Below the pieces are notes generated by a model. That model was given only the letters and a program-made list of their open reading frames with translations. It ran no database searches and was not told the DNA's origin. Made by a program: the position numbers and the translations under genes. Below, one piece after another: positions 8,571 to 19,398 of a DNA stretch of 64,000 nucleotides (the stretch's first letter is position 1; every line of letters begins with the position of its first letter). Origin of the DNA: Gammaproteobacteria bacterium (lineage in GTDB: Bacteria > Pseudomonadota > Gammaproteobacteria > Chromatiales > Chromatiaceae); assembly GCA_015490795.1 (NCBI GenBank), contig WFXD01000005.1:4690-68689 (forward strand), given 5' to 3'.

Positions 8571-9365
8571 TTACTGTGGCGCCTGTTTTTGGGTGTTCCC
8601 CTGGCTTGCTTCGGTTGCATCTTTAAAGAGCTTCAATATCAGCTGAGGATAGTTGCGTATTACGGCCTCTTTTGTAGGTTTCTCTATAGCCACCAGACAG
8701 GCCTCTGTCTTTGCCCGAACGGTTACAGCATGGGGCAGGTTGCAGAAGTAGGCCGTTGGCTCAATAAAGTCCATGACCGGCTGGCCTGGAATGAGCTGGC
8801 CATCCCGCTCCCATTGCAGGTCACCCCAAATCAGTTGGTAGAGCCGATCAGCTGGCGACCCCTGTTTGATGATTACTTCGCCTGCTTTTGCATCCACCTG
8901 CGCCACAGGCACGGCATTGGTCGCAACAATCTCCTTTAGCTCATCATTGGCCTCTTTGAGGCGTGCAGAAAACTGCTGACAGAGAATCCGGGTAAAAGTG
9001 GGGAATCGCTCAATAATAGTCTCAAGGTGTGAAGGTTTGAGTTTAATGGCATAGGTTATCCCTGAACTTCGTACAGAGGCGGTTCGGATGCCGGTTCCCA
9101 GATAGGACATCTCCCCGATGAAGCATGGGTTGTCTTCCTCGTTGTGATGGGTTGCAATCGCTTGCAGGCCAGCGGCCCCGCTCTTTTGCTCAACCACAAA
9201 GGCACCGCGCAAAATGGCATAAACCTCGCTGCTTTCGTCATCTTCACAAAAGAGATATTCACCGTCTTCAAAGCGCAATAGCTGGGAGTCGCTGCACGCT
9301 TTCAGCAGTTTGGGGATCTCGCTTCCCGACATGTTGAGCTGTGAAATATCAAAGGGTTTGGGCAT
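8571..9365 (-). CDS. Protein with two cyclic-nucleotide-binding (cNMP/Crp-like) domains and no DNA-binding domain seen
   Basis: FCEDDESSEVYAILRGAFVV...GEMSYLGTGIRTASVRS, and a second beta-roll region GEVIIKQGSPADRLYQLIWG. Confidence 0.75.
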   Translation of the reverse strand: MPKPFDISQLNMSGSEIPKLLKACSDSQLLRFEDGEYLFCEDDESSEVYAILRGAFVVEQKSGAAGLQAIATHHNEEDNPCFIGEMSYLGTGIRTASVRSSGITYAIKLKPSHLETIIERFPTFTRILCQQFSARLKEANDELKEIVATNAVPVAQVDAKAGEVIIKQGSPADRLYQLIWGDLQWERDGQLIPGQPVMDFIEPTAYFCNLPHAVTVRAKTEACLVAIEKPTKEAVIRNYPQLILKLFKDATEASQGNTQKQAPQ

Positions 9366-9565
9366 GGTTGCCTCGCTTTTGTCTCGTTTACTGGAATTAA
9401 AGGGTAGTTATCCCAAAGATTCAAGTGCTCTGCGGGGTGATTGATGGTGTTTTGTCAGCAAGGCATGTTGATTTTGAATTTATCAGTAGTATGCTTGTTT
9501 TATAGATTCGATACGAAAGTCAGCTGGCTGGAATCAATTTCAGGAAAATATAAAGGACCTATATC

Positions 9566-12500
9566 ATGGCTGAAGAGTCCGAACTTCAGGCGGAGGCGTT
9601 ATCGCCAGAGCATGTGCATGAGTTGCTGTTGAAACTGAAGCAGTATCAGCGCCAGACTGAAGATATGACCCAGGCCAGGCATCAGCTGATCAGCGCCCAG
9701 AATCACCTTGAGGCGCTCTTGCATAGCGCTACGGTTGCCATCGTCTCCTTCGCGCATGATGGTATGGTCCAAACCTTCAATAAAGCAGCACAACAGATTT
9801 TCGGGTATGCCGAAGGGGAGGTTATCGGCTGTAATATCCCGCATCTCATTCCGACCCAAAACCAGAGCCATGATGATGTGGCCCGCTATCTTCGGGACTT
9901 CATTGCAACCCGCGCAACGGAAGATGCCCCTGTTATCGGCCGGCACAAGAGTGGAGATCAGCTTCTGCTACAGATCTCCATCATGGAATCCAGTGGTGCG
10001 GATACGGTGCTCTTTGGTGATGATTCAGAAGAGCCTGTCACTACATCCGCCCGTGCAGAAGATAACATTATGGTCTGTTTTCTGTGGGATGTTACCCATA
10101 GCAAAATGATTGAACAGCAGCTCAAGCAGCATACCGAAAAGCTGGAAAAGGAGGTTGCAGATCGAGTAAAAAATGAAGAGAAACTGGCCTATCAGCATAG
10201 CCTTGATCGAGTCTTGAACAGACTGCTTCAGGTGCCACTGGAGCGGCGCACCCTCAATGAGTGTCTTGAAGAGCTGCTGGATATTACGCTGTCCGTACCA
10301 TTTACGGGTTCAATGCCAAAGGGTGCTGTCTTTCTGGTTGGGAGCAATCCCACAGCGCTGGAACTGACCGTCTCCCGGAGTCTTGAGGGGGCCGTGTTGC
10401 AGACCTGCCGCCGGGTTCCTTTTGGCTATTGTCTGTGTGGGCGAGCGGCTGCTGAACAAACTATTATCCACACGGATCACATAGATGAGCAGCATGATGT
10501 GCGGTTTGAAGGCATGGTGGAACATGGCCACTATGCGGTTCCGATCATGGCCAGAAAACAGGCTATTGGCCTGCTGCTGCTCTACATAGCCCACGGCCAC
10601 CCATGCGATATGGTTGAAAGACGCTTTTTGAATGCGGCCGCACTGGTGTTTGCCAGTGTCATAGAGCGCAAACAGACAGAACAGCAGTTGGTTGACTCCA
10701 AAGAGAGGGCGGAGGCGGCCAATCGTGCCAAATCGGCATTTTTGGCCGTTATGAGCCATGAGATCCGCACACCCATGAACGGTGTACTGGGCATGCTGCA
10801 TCTGTTGGACAAAACAGATCTGGACGCCAAACAGCGGCGATATGTTGGCACCGCAACCGGATCAAGCGAGATGCTGCTCACTGTCATCAATGACATCCTT
10901 GATTTTTCCAAAATAGAGGCGGGCAAGCTGGAGCTGGAATCTGTCCCGTTTGATCCCGTTGCGCTGGCAGAGGAGTCTGCGGCGCTGCTGGCAGGTGTGG
11001 CTCAAAACAAGGAGGTGGAGCTGATATGCAGGGTAGCCCCTAATCTGCCAGGCCTGGTAATGGGTGACCCGACCCGCCTCAGACAGGTACTGGCAAACCT
11101 GATCAGCAATGCCATCAAATTTACTGAACAGGGCGAGGTGCTGCTCTACCTTACCCAGGGGGAAGAGGAGGCATGCCGCATGGAGTTTGGGGTTTGCGAT
11201 ACCGGCATCGGCATGACGGAAGGGCAGCAAAAAGTGGTGTTTGAGGCCTTTAGCCAGGCCGACAACTCAACCACGCGCAAGTACGGTGGCACAGGGCTGG
11301 GGCTGGCGATCAGCAGCCGGCTGGTGGTAAAAATGGGGGGCAATCTAAAGGTGGCAAGCAGGCCTGGTCATGGCTCAACATTCAGCTTTTGCATACCGCT
11401 GCAGGCGGTGGGAGATGCCCGGCAAACAGGCCATGACTCCGAGCTGCTGCCCAAGCAGCGTATTTTGGTAGTGGATGACAACAAGAGCAGCCGGGAGGTG
11501 CTCACAACGATTCTGAAAAGCTGGCAGGTTGAAGATGTTGGAGAAGCTGCAAGCGCAGCTGATGCACTGCGCCAGTTGCGGGCGGCTGCAACTGCAAACA
11601 GACCGTACAGTATCGCCCTGCTGGATATGCAGATGCCGGAGATGGGCGGGATTGAACTGGCGCGGGCTGTTCGGGCAGACGCAGCGCTACGCGGGATGCA
11701 GCTACTGCTGCTCAGCTCAATGGACTGGAATGGTGAAGCACCGGATCTGGATGCCTGGGTGACTAAACCAGTGCGGCCATTGGAGCTCCACAATAAATTG
11801 CTGCTACTGCTTGGTGAAATGCAGGTAGAGCCATCCCGGCCGGGCAACCATGCACAGGCGGACGCCTGGTGGTTTGGTGGTCAACAATTGCTACTGGTTG
11901 ATGATAATGAAGTCAACCAGCAGGTGGCCGAAGAGATTCTCTCTGATGTGGGTTTTAGTATTGATACGGTAGAGAACGGCCTATATGCGCTGCAAGCGGT
12001 GCAACAGCAAGACTATGATGCAGTCCTGATGGATATTCAGATGCCGGTCATGGATGGGCTTGAAGCGACCCGGCAGATCCGGGCGCTTGGCGGAGTCCAT
12101 GCCGAGCTTCCCATCATTGCCATGACGGCCCACGCCCTCAGCGGCGACCAGGAAAAGAGCCTGGCGGCCGGGATGAGCGCGCATGTCACCAAACCCTTCG
12201 ACCCGGAGGTGCTTTTTCAGACGCTATCCCAGTGGATCAGATCCGGAAAAAAAATTCAGCGTGAAGAGAGCAACAGTGCTGATATTGACAGCCTGCCGGA
12301 GTTGCCGGGCATCAACCTGGCAGCCGGTCTGCAACGTATCCGTGGCAACTGGCCAGCGTACAAAAGGATCTTGAAGGGCTTTCGTCAAAAGCAGTCCACA
12401 ACCGTGGATGCCATTGAAGTGTATATAAAACAGGGGCAGTTGGGGGAGGCTGCATCTCTGGCGCATACCCTGAAAGGGAGTAGCGGCAATATTGGCGCCG

Positions 12501-12907
12501 AGGCGCTGTTTCAGCAAGCGGCATCAATGGAGGGAGCCTGCCGCGCCAATGACAAAGCAGAAGCATTGGCCAAAATAGATCATCTGCGGGCTGCACAGCA
12601 GGAGGTGATGGCAGGGCTGTTGACGCTGGAAGAGGATGAAACGCCATCAAGTGAAATCAACACCACCCCGCAGGATGTAGACCCTGATGCACTGCATGCG
12701 CTGCTTAAACAAATGGAAGGCTATCTGGATACAGATCTTGGCGAAGCCCAGAACTGCCTTCACCAACTGGGCGCATATTCTGCATCGGCAACCTGGTTTA
12801 AAGAGCTGGAGAGTGCATTGAACAGCTTTGATATCGAGGCAGCCAAAGAGATTATCCAGCAGGTTGATAAGGCCGAACCATGGGTGGCTAATGCAAATGG
12901 AGAATAA
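9566..12907 (+). CDS. Soluble hybrid sensor histidine kinase: PAS-GAF-HisKA-HATPase-REC-REC-Hpt
   Basis: H-box [10 protein letters not shown]; G-box GTGLGLAIS. Two receivers ([10 protein letters not shown]...DMQMPEMGG and [10 protein letters not shown]...DIQMPVMDG). Hpt motif [12 protein letters not shown]. No TM helix seen. Confidence 0.95.
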   Translation: MAEESELQAEALSPEHVHELLLKLKQYQRQTEDMTQARHQLISAQNHLEALLHSATVAIVSFAHDGMVQTFNKAAQQIFGYAEGEVIGCNIPHLIPTQNQSHDDVARYLRDFIATRATEDAPVIGRHKSGDQLLLQISIMESSGADTVLFGDDSEEPVTTSARAEDNIMVCFLWDVTHSKMIEQQLKQHTEKLEKEVADRVKNEEKLAYQHSLDRVLNRLLQVPLERRTLNECLEELLDITLSVPFTGSMPKGAVFLVGSNPTALELTVSRSLEGAVLQTCRRVPFGYCLCGRAAAEQTIIHTDHIDEQHDVRFEGMVEHGHYAVPIMARKQAIGLLLLYIAHGHPCDMVERRFLNAAALVFASVIERKQTEQQLVDSKERAEAANRAKSAFLAVMSHEIRTPMNGVLGMLHLLDKTDLDAKQRRYVGTATGSSEMLLTVINDILDFSKIEAGKLELESVPFDPVALAEESAALLAGVAQNKEVELICRVAPNLPGLVMGDPTRLRQVLANLISNAIKFTEQGEVLLYLTQGEEEACRMEFGVCDTGIGMTEGQQKVVFEAFSQADNSTTRKYGGTGLGLAISSRLVVKMGGNLKVASRPGHGSTFSFCIPLQAVGDARQTGHDSELLPKQRILVVDDNKSSREVLTTILKSWQVEDVGEAASAADALRQLRAAATANRPYSIALLDMQMPEMGGIELARAVRADAALRGMQLLLLSSMDWNGEAPDLDAWVTKPVRPLELHNKLLLLLGEMQVEPSRPGNHAQADAWWFGGQQLLLVDDNEVNQQVAEEILSDVGFSIDTVENGLYALQAVQQQDYDAVLMDIQMPVMDGLEATRQIRALGGVHAELPIIAMTAHALSGDQEKSLAAGMSAHVTKPFDPEVLFQTLSQWIRSGKKIQREESNSADIDSLPELPGINLAAGLQRIRGNWPAYKRILKGFRQKQSTTVDAIEVYIKQGQLGEAASLAHTLKGSSGNIGAEALFQQAASMEGACRANDKAEALAKIDHLRAAQQEVMAGLLTLEEDETPSSEINTTPQDVDPDALHALLKQMEGYLDTDLGEAQNCLHQLGAYSASATWFKELESALNSFDIEAAKEIIQQVDKAEPWVANANGE

Positions 12908-12910
12908 ACC

Positions 12911-14044
12911 ATGAGTAGTGATAAAAGCAGAATATTGATTGTGGATGACTCGCCTGAGGATATTCATTTTCTGATGGAAAACCTGAAGGATGATTATGCC
13001 GTGGTCGTGGCGACCAGTGGAGAGAAGGCGCTGGAGATGATGGCCAAACAACCCGCGCCGGATGTCATCCTGATGGATGTAATGATGTCGGGGATGGATG
13101 GCTATGAGACATGCCGGCGGATAAAAAGTGACCCACACACCAAAGATGCCGATGTGATTTTTGTCTCTGCGCACGATTCGATAGATGAAAAACTGGCGGG
13201 CTACGAGGCGGGCGGCTCTGATTATGTCATAAAGCCGTTTTTGCCCAGTGAGCTTGTGCAGAAGGTACAGATGTCGATCAGCAACAGGCAGCTTCAGCAT
13301 GCACTTGAGAAGGAAAAGGCATTTGCCATGGACACGGCAATGACGGCAATGACCAGTGCCGGCGAGCTGGGCGTGGTGCTGGAGTTTCTCAGGCACAGCT
13401 TCACCATCACCAATATTGCTGATTTGGCACAGCAAGTGGTTGAAGCCATGTCGTGCTACTCGCTTCAGAGCAGTGTACAGATACGCTCAACAATAGGGCT
13501 GATCAATATCAACAACAGCGGGCCGGCATCCCCACTGGAGCAAGAGCTGCTGACACGTTTAAGTAATCAGGGGCGGATAATGGCGCATGGCGCAAGGCTG
13601 ATCCTGAATTTTGGCGATGTCTCCCTGCTGATAAAAAACATGCCGCTGGATGACCCGGATAAGTGCGGCAGAATCCGTGACAACGTTGCCATATTGGCAG
13701 AGGGTATAGAGTCAAAGCTGAAGGCGCTTGAGGTAGAGCAGCGCAATATAGAGAGCAAAAACCGCTTGCAGCAGTTGGTGTTTGATTCAAACAGCGCATT
13801 GCAAGAGATTGAAAAGATACAGCAAAGACAGAAAGAGAAAAACATGCAAATTATGGATACCGTTATGCAGCAGATGGAGGCATCATTTTTATCTTTGGGG
13901 CTAACTGAAGAGCAAGAGGTAAATTTGCATGATATTGTGCAATCTGGCGTGGACAGGTCGCTCAATAATTTTGAAGCAGGCATTGAAATAGACAGGCGGC
14001 TGCAGAAGATTATACGAAATCTCCAAAGCATGGCGGATGGTTGA
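12911..14044 (+). CDS. Response regulator: REC domain plus an uncharacterised C-terminal domain of about 250 aa
   Basis: ILIVDDSPEDI...LMDVMMSGMDG...KP receiver motifs. Starts 4 nt after the kinase stop. Confidence 0.9.
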   Translation: MSSDKSRILIVDDSPEDIHFLMENLKDDYAVVVATSGEKALEMMAKQPAPDVILMDVMMSGMDGYETCRRIKSDPHTKDADVIFVSAHDSIDEKLAGYEAGGSDYVIKPFLPSELVQKVQMSISNRQLQHALEKEKAFAMDTAMTAMTSAGELGVVLEFLRHSFTITNIADLAQQVVEAMSCYSLQSSVQIRSTIGLININNSGPASPLEQELLTRLSNQGRIMAHGARLILNFGDVSLLIKNMPLDDPDKCGRIRDNVAILAEGIESKLKALEVEQRNIESKNRLQQLVFDSNSALQEIEKIQQRQKEKNMQIMDTVMQQMEASFLSLGLTEEQEVNLHDIVQSGVDRSLNNFEAGIEIDRRLQKIIRNLQSMADG

Positions 14045-14063
14045 TAAAACCGTACGCCGGGAT

Positions 14064-15362
14064 CTATGCAGGGGGCGCCGGGTAGCCGGTCTCTACTGCT
14101 GCGTCTATTTTAGATTGTTCACTCTCCATTAAGAGCAGAAAAAGGCCGATGTTTTTGCGTGACAAGGTGGCTGTGTCAGCGCGCAGAGCATCCATTGGGG
14201 TGATGAAATCCGGAGAGATCTCTGCATAGTGCAAAAGAGAGAGCGCATGGGCCTGCTGCTGTTGCATGACACTGCCCACCCAGAGGATCTTGTTACCAGG
14301 CATCAGTGTCGTGTTGGATCGCCATAGCCTCAGCACCAGCCGCTTATCATCAGGAGCAGGTTTAATCATGGTCAGTGATGCATAACGGCCATCATGAACC
14401 AGGGGCAGAACAGGCCGTGCCTGCAAGGGCAGGGAAGGGGAGAGCAGTTTCAATAGGTCATTCCACTGTAACTCATTGGCTTGCTGCCAGCCTTTTTTCA
14501 GCAGTGCTCTCTTTAGGCTTTCCACTGTTCCGGCATATTGAAGGTATAGCGGGTGGCTGGATTTTTCTTTGATACTGCGGCGAAAAACAGGTTGCTCCTG
14601 CCATGCATGGCTTAGCCATTCTGACTGGCTAATGGCCCGTTTTTTCTCTGTTGGCGCATAAAGAGTGATCTCTGATTTGTAGCCGTTCCAGATTATCAGG
14701 CTGGTTATGAGCGCCAGCAAGATAATGAGGCATGCTGTAACCCAAGGTGCAGCTCGGGGGTAAAGGAACAGAAGCAGCTGCTTGATGCCCCAGATCAGCA
14801 TTACGAGTAGCAGCAGCAGAATGACCAGTCTGATGACCACCTCGGATGCCAACCCCAAAGATGCCCCCAACACCATGCCGGGCAGCAGGTAGAGCGGCGC
14901 CCAGGCCAATGCAGATATGACGTTGGCAATGATGAAGCGATTGGCTGGCATGCCCATCATCCCTGCAATCATTGGAATGATGGCGCGAGTAGGGCCGACA
15001 AAGCGCCCAATGACTACACTCATTCCGCCATAACGCTGAAAAAACTGGATGCTCCGTTCCAGGGATTGAGGATGCCTGTTGAATGGCCAGAGCCGGGAAA
15101 TCCGGTTCTGGTAGTGATGGCCGAGCATGAAACTGAGGCCGTCGCCCACAATGGCGCCGGCAACGGCCCAGCCGCAGGTAGGCCAGAATTCCAGTATGCC
15201 GGTGCTGATGAGTGTGCCAAAGCCGATCATCATGGCGGCACCGGGTACCAGCATGCCGATAACTGCCAGGGATTCACACATGGCAACGAGAAAGATGGCG
15301 ATGCCGGCCCAGATCGGATTCAGGGCGATCCAGTCCAGAAGCTGTTGCAGTAGCTCAGCCAT
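14064..15362 (-). CDS. DedA/SNARE-associated membrane protein fused to a C-terminal LssY-like domain
   Basis: N-terminal half is multi-TM with DedA-like sequence (ESLAVIGMLVPG...GRFVGPTRAIIP). A soluble tail of about 200 aa follows a further TM helix. Confidence 0.75.
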   Translation of the reverse strand: MAELLQQLLDWIALNPIWAGIAIFLVAMCESLAVIGMLVPGAAMMIGFGTLISTGILEFWPTCGWAVAGAIVGDGLSFMLGHHYQNRISRLWPFNRHPQSLERSIQFFQRYGGMSVVIGRFVGPTRAIIPMIAGMMGMPANRFIIANVISALAWAPLYLLPGMVLGASLGLASEVVIRLVILLLLLVMLIWGIKQLLLFLYPRAAPWVTACLIILLALITSLIIWNGYKSEITLYAPTEKKRAISQSEWLSHAWQEQPVFRRSIKEKSSHPLYLQYAGTVESLKRALLKKGWQQANELQWNDLLKLLSPSLPLQARPVLPLVHDGRYASLTMIKPAPDDKRLVLRLWRSNTTLMPGNKILWVGSVMQQQQAHALSLLHYAEISPDFITPMDALRADTATLSRKNIGLFLLLMESEQSKIDAAVETGYPAPPA

Positions 15363-15379
15363 AGGTTGTTTGCGGCTCT

Positions 15380-15425
15380 CAAATTGCAGGAGCGGCTGGC
15401 CGCCCCTTCCATCTCCTGCAATTTG
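15380..15425 (-). terminator. 13-bp perfect inverted repeat between the hemL stop and the DedA start (hairpin; possible terminator)
   Basis: caaattgcaggag (15380-15392) pairs with ctcctgcaatttg (15413-15425). GC-rich loop; no clear U-tract. Confidence 0.4.
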
Positions 15426-15437
15426 GTGAGTAGTCCT

Positions 15438-16721
15438 CTACTTTAGCTCAGCAAAGGCGATTTCGGCGGCCTCAAGGGTGGCGGTAATGTCATCATCGCT
15501 GTGTGCGGCGGAGAGGAAGCCTGCCTCGTATGAGGATGGAGCCATGTAGATGCCGTGATCCAGCATGGTGTGGAAGAACTGCTTGAAGGCATCCTGATTG
15601 CAGGCAGTGGCCTGGGCAAAGTTCTCTACGGCCGGGGCATCGGTGAAGAAGATGCCGAACATGCCGCCGATCTGGTTATAGGTAAGCGGGACGCCGGCCT
15701 TCTCTGCCTGGGCGACCAGCCCGCTTGCCAGCTTCTCGGTGATGGCGGAGAGTACATCGTAGAAGCCGGGGGTGGTGATCAGCTCCAGCGTCTGCAGCCC
15801 GGCAGCCATGGCGACCGGGTTGCCGGAGAGGGTGCCCGCCTGATAGACGGGGCCAAGTGGCGCAATCCTCTCCATGATCTCGCGTTTTCCGCCAAAGGCG
15901 CCCACAGGCATGCCGCCGCCGATGATCTTGCCCAGGGTGGTCAGATCCGGGGTGATGCCGTAGTAGCCCTGCGCGCCGCCCAGTGAGACACGGAAGCCGG
16001 TCATCACCTCGTCAAAGATCAGTACGCTGCCGTACTGGTCGCAGGCCTCGCGCAACCCCTCCAAAAAGCCGGCAACGGGTGGGATGCAGTTCATGTTGCC
16101 TGCGACAGGTTCGACGATAATGCAGGCGATCTGCTCACCGATTTTACTGAAGAGCTCCTGCACCTGTTCCAGATTGTTGTAGTCCAGTGTGAGGGTGTGT
16201 TCGGCCAGTGAGGCGGGGACGCCGGGTGAGCTGGGTTCGCCCAGCGTCAGAGCGCCGGAACCGGCCTTGACCAGCAGAGAGTCGGAGTGGCCGTGGTAGC
16301 AGCCTTCAAATTTCACGATCTTGTCGCGGCCGGTGTAGCCACGCGCCAGGCGGATGGCGCTCATGGTCGCTTCGGTGCCAGAGCTGACCATACGTACCAT
16401 ATCCATCGATGGCACCAGCTCGCAGACCTTGTCGGCCATCTCGGTCTCAATCGCGGTGGGTGCGCCGAAGCTGAGGCCATTCTGTACGGTTTTTTGTACG
16501 GTGGAGATCACTGCGGGGTGGGCGTGCCCCAGAATCATCGGCCCCCAGGAGCCAACGTAGTCGATATAGCGGTTACCATCCGGGTCGTAGAAGTAGGCAC
16601 CGGAGGCGCGCTCGACAAATACAGGATCACCACCGACACCACGGAAGGCGCGCACAGGGGAGTTAACGCCGCCCGGAATGTGGTACAGGGCCTGCTCGAA
16701 AAGTTCTTGGGAACGGCTCAT
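15438..16721 (-). CDS. hemL: Glutamate-1-semialdehyde 2,1-aminomutase
   Basis: Full-length HemL-like sequence: [11 protein letters not shown]...[12 protein letters not shown]..., PLP-lysine region [16 protein letters not shown]. Confidence 0.97.
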   Translation of the reverse strand: MSRSQELFEQALYHIPGGVNSPVRAFRGVGGDPVFVERASGAYFYDPDGNRYIDYVGSWGPMILGHAHPAVISTVQKTVQNGLSFGAPTAIETEMADKVCELVPSMDMVRMVSSGTEATMSAIRLARGYTGRDKIVKFEGCYHGHSDSLLVKAGSGALTLGEPSSPGVPASLAEHTLTLDYNNLEQVQELFSKIGEQIACIIVEPVAGNMNCIPPVAGFLEGLREACDQYGSVLIFDEVMTGFRVSLGGAQGYYGITPDLTTLGKIIGGGMPVGAFGGKREIMERIAPLGPVYQAGTLSGNPVAMAAGLQTLELITTPGFYDVLSAITEKLASGLVAQAEKAGVPLTYNQIGGMFGIFFTDAPAVENFAQATACNQDAFKQFFHTMLDHGIYMAPSSYEAGFLSAAHSDDDITATLEAAEIAFAELK

Positions 16722-17353
16722 CTTTGGTAATCCTCAAATAGTTTGGCAAATTGGCGGCAGGCGTGGTGGATATCTTGTTGCGCAAACACCCCCTGGATGA
16801 CGGCCAGCATATCGGCACCCGCCTGCACGAGTTGGAGACCATTTTCCGGGGTTATTCCTCCAATGGCAACCACTGGAACGGTGAGTTGCCGTTTGGCCTG
16901 CTGCAGCAGGTCGATATTTGCCTTGACGGCATGGGGTTTGGTGGCGGATGCGAAGAAGCGGCCAAAGGCGACATAATCAGCCCCGGCAGACTCGGCATCG
17001 CGTGCCTGTTGAAGGCTGTTGTAACAGGAGATGCCGATAATAGCAGCTGACCCCAGCTCATGGCGTGCCTGTCGCAGGTCGATGTCGCCCCGCCCGAGAT
17101 GAACCCCGTCAGCATCGATCTGCCGGGCGAGTGCCAGATCATCGTTGATGATCAGGGGGATGTTGTGGGTTTGGCACAGGGTGAGCAGCGTTGTAGCCTC
17201 CAGTAATCTTTTGGCCTGATCACTGCTCTTGTCCCGGTACTGGATGATGCGGGCACCGCCCAAAATGGCGGCCTCCACCTGGGCATGGAGCTTCCCGCCC
17301 TCCCCTGATGTCTGGTCGGTAATGGCGTAGAGTCCGCGCAGTTGTCTGCTCAT
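16718..17353 (-). CDS. thiE: Thiamine-phosphate synthase
   Basis: Start at [17 protein letters not shown] overlap with the thiD stop. The upstream part of the tracked ORF overlaps thiD and is discounted. Confidence 0.92.
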   Translation of the reverse strand: MSRQLRGLYAITDQTSGEGGKLHAQVEAAILGGARIIQYRDKSSDQAKRLLEATTLLTLCQTHNIPLIINDDLALARQIDADGVHLGRGDIDLRQARHELGSAAIIGISCYNSLQQARDAESAGADYVAFGRFFASATKPHAVKANIDLLQQAKRQLTVPVVAIGGITPENGLQLVQAGADMLAVIQGVFAQQDIHHACRQFAKLFEDYQR

Positions 17354-18159
17354 AGCGGGTGCTGCCTGAGTGAATGGAGCCGATTGGGTAGCGCCTGCCC
17401 CCGGCCCAGTCTGTAGGCATTGGCCAGTGACTGCCAGGCGAAATCCTGTGCATGGTATGTGGCCTCTGTGAGGCTCTCTCCTTGCGCCAGCAGGGTGGCA
17501 ACGGCGGCCGCCAGGGTGCAGCCGGAGCCATGATATTCGCCAGGCAGCCTTGGCCACTGCCAATACTCGATCAGCCCTTTGGGGCCATAGAGACTGTTGA
17601 CAACCTCGCTGCCCTCTTCATGGGTGCCGGTAATCAACAGCTGTTGGCAGCCGTGCTGCAGCAGTATCTCGGCACAGCGGTTTAGGTCGCTGGCGCTGGC
17701 CAGGGCACGCGCTTCCTGGGAGTTGGGGGTGGCCAGGCAGGCCAGCGGCAGCAGCTCCTGCAGAAGGGTTTGTCGCAGTGCATCACTGGCCAGTGATGTG
17801 CCCCCCCCCGCAGCCAGTACCGGATCAAGCACCACAGGGATACCGGGGTGTTTTTTCAGCAGCTGCGCCAATGCATGGGCAACAGCGGCGCTGCCGACAA
17901 GGCCGATCTTGATGGTATTCACGGGTAGATCAGCCAGAACCGCCTCGGCCTGGGCAGTGACCACGCTGGGGTCGATGGGGATCAGCTGTTGAACATTGCG
18001 GGTATCTTGAATGGTCAGACAGGTTATGGCACTGGCGGCATAGCCCCCCAATGCCACAATGGCCTCGCTATCGGCCTGGATGCCTGCACCGCCACTGGGA
18101 TCATGGCCGCCAATGGCGAGTGTTACGGCAGCTGCTGCATCGAATGTGGGTGTTGCCAT
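17350..18159 (-). CDS. thiD: Hydroxymethylpyrimidine/phosphomethylpyrimidine kinase
   Basis: GGHDPSGGAGIQAD motif; ThiD-like along the full length. Confidence 0.93.
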   Translation of the reverse strand: MATPTFDAAAAVTLAIGGHDPSGGAGIQADSEAIVALGGYAASAITCLTIQDTRNVQQLIPIDPSVVTAQAEAVLADLPVNTIKIGLVGSAAVAHALAQLLKKHPGIPVVLDPVLAAGGGTSLASDALRQTLLQELLPLACLATPNSQEARALASASDLNRCAEILLQHGCQQLLITGTHEEGSEVVNSLYGPKGLIEYWQWPRLPGEYHGSGCTLAAAVATLLAQGESLTEATYHAQDFAWQSLANAYRLGRGQALPNRLHSLRQHPL

Positions 18160-18361
18160 GGTAAACGTCTGGGCTGTCTGGAAATATAGGTCAGGTAATA
18201 TATCGCTTTGACCAAATGGATCAATAGCTTGTGCTGTTTATCTGTTTTTTGCTTGAGCTTTCTTTCAGGTTTAATGGAATAAAATCAGTTTTTCAGCCTG
18301 TCAGCATCGGTTTTTTGACTAAAATTGTCATGTAGCCCTTGAATGAGTAAGGCTGAATATT

Positions 18362-18844
18362 ATGACTCCTCACACTGACTTTGTTGAAACGGCACGCATC
18401 TATTGTGACCTGATCGATCACCTGGATGGTGCTGATACGGTTTGGCTGGAGCGGCTGGCAAAGCTCCTGCCGCGTCTGCATGCAGCGGTGGCTGAAATGG
18501 ATCAATCCAAAGGCAGCGCTGAGCTCTTCTCCTCAGAGCAGGATCTTGATGATCGTTTTGAGTTGTTCAGCCGTCTGCACATGCTTCTGGGTGAGAAAGA
18601 CCCCTATTGGCTGGAATTTGATGTGTCGTCGGATGGCCAGCTCATGACAGGCAGTCTGGCGGATGATCTGACAGATATTTTTTGCGAATTGAAGGCGGGC
18701 CTGGAGATGCTGGAGAGCCACCCAGAGAAGAGAAGCAGTGCGTTAAACAGGCTCTGTAGTAGTTATAAAACCCATTGGGGCCAGCACCTTATGGATGCCC
18801 AGCGCCACCTCTACGAGCTTGATACCCGAAATCAACTGCGCTGA
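18362..18844 (+). CDS. Hypothetical acidic helical protein (resembles the DUF5063 family)
   Basis: 160-aa ORF with no competing frame. The family assignment is from memory only. Confidence 0.55.
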   Translation: MTPHTDFVETARIYCDLIDHLDGADTVWLERLAKLLPRLHAAVAEMDQSKGSAELFSSEQDLDDRFELFSRLHMLLGEKDPYWLEFDVSSDGQLMTGSLADDLTDIFCELKAGLEMLESHPEKRSSALNRLCSSYKTHWGQHLMDAQRHLYELDTRNQLR

Positions 18845-18923
18845 ATTCGCATGCTGGAGGGTGGGGTGATACAATTACCTGACTTTATCACTTGTTTATT
18901 ATTGAAATTCAGGAGGCAGTAGT

Positions 18924-19304
18924 ATGACTGCGACAACCGATAGAATCCTGGGAGCGGGCTACATGACGCTTACTGCCCCGGCTCAGAGCAAGATTGTAGA
19001 CCTGATTGCCCAGGTGGAAGAGGATATTCAAGGCGTCCGCGTCTATGCAACCGCAGGCGGTTGCAGCGGTGTCGGCTTTGGCATGACCTTTACGGATCAG
19101 ATTGATGAGACTGACAACGTACTGGAGTGTGAAGGGTTTAAGGTTGTGATAGACGATGGTGCAGTGCCGCACCTGCAAGGCGTAGAGATCGATTATGTCG
19201 ATCGTGGCGATGGCACATCTGTCTTCAAATTCAACAATGTCCAGCCGGTGAAAGATGAGAGCGCTTGTGGCAGCTGCGCTTCTGCCAGCACTTGCAGCAG
19301 TTAG
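18924..19304 (+). CDS. HesB/IscA-family (A-type Fe-S carrier-like) protein with an atypical Cys-rich C-terminus
   Basis: AGGAGG 7 nt upstream. GGCSGVGFGMTF core. The tail ACGSCASASTCSS replaces the canonical CGCG motif. Confidence 0.8.
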   Translation: MTATTDRILGAGYMTLTAPAQSKIVDLIAQVEEDIQGVRVYATAGGCSGVGFGMTFTDQIDETDNVLECEGFKVVIDDGAVPHLQGVEIDYVDRGDGTSVFKFNNVQPVKDESACGSCASASTCSS

Positions 19305-19329
19305 CTGCAACAGGTACCAGTAAAAAAAA

Positions 19330-19360
19330 GCGGCAGGCCTTTTAGGTCTGCCGCTTTTTT
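19330..19360. terminator. Bidirectional rho-independent terminator between convergent genes
   Basis: A8 run, then gcggcaggcc-tttt-aggtctgccgc, then T6. Confidence 0.75.
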
Positions 19361-19398
19361 CATGAGGCCAGCATCCAGAAGCCCGACAGGCTCCAGGA

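Noticed and set aside
16718-17563. N-terminal extensions of tracked ORFs: thiE to 17563, argC from 20731, PHP gene to 52865, Mo catalytic subunit to 3986, cytochrome c to 795, bactofilin from 22610, trpS to 50552, M48 from 35211
   Set aside because: In each case an internal start has a Shine-Dalgarno sequence, or a start/stop overlap with the upstream gene, or a family-typical N-terminus (Tat or Sec signal, [20 protein letters not shown]). The extensions overlap neighbouring genes or have atypical composition.
18160-18361. Possible TPP (thiamine) riboswitch upstream of the thiD-thiE operon
   Set aside because: I read the minus-strand leader and found no CTGAGA or ACCTGATCTGGATAATGCCAGCG-like core elements. 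A covariance-model scan (Rfam RF00059) would settle it.
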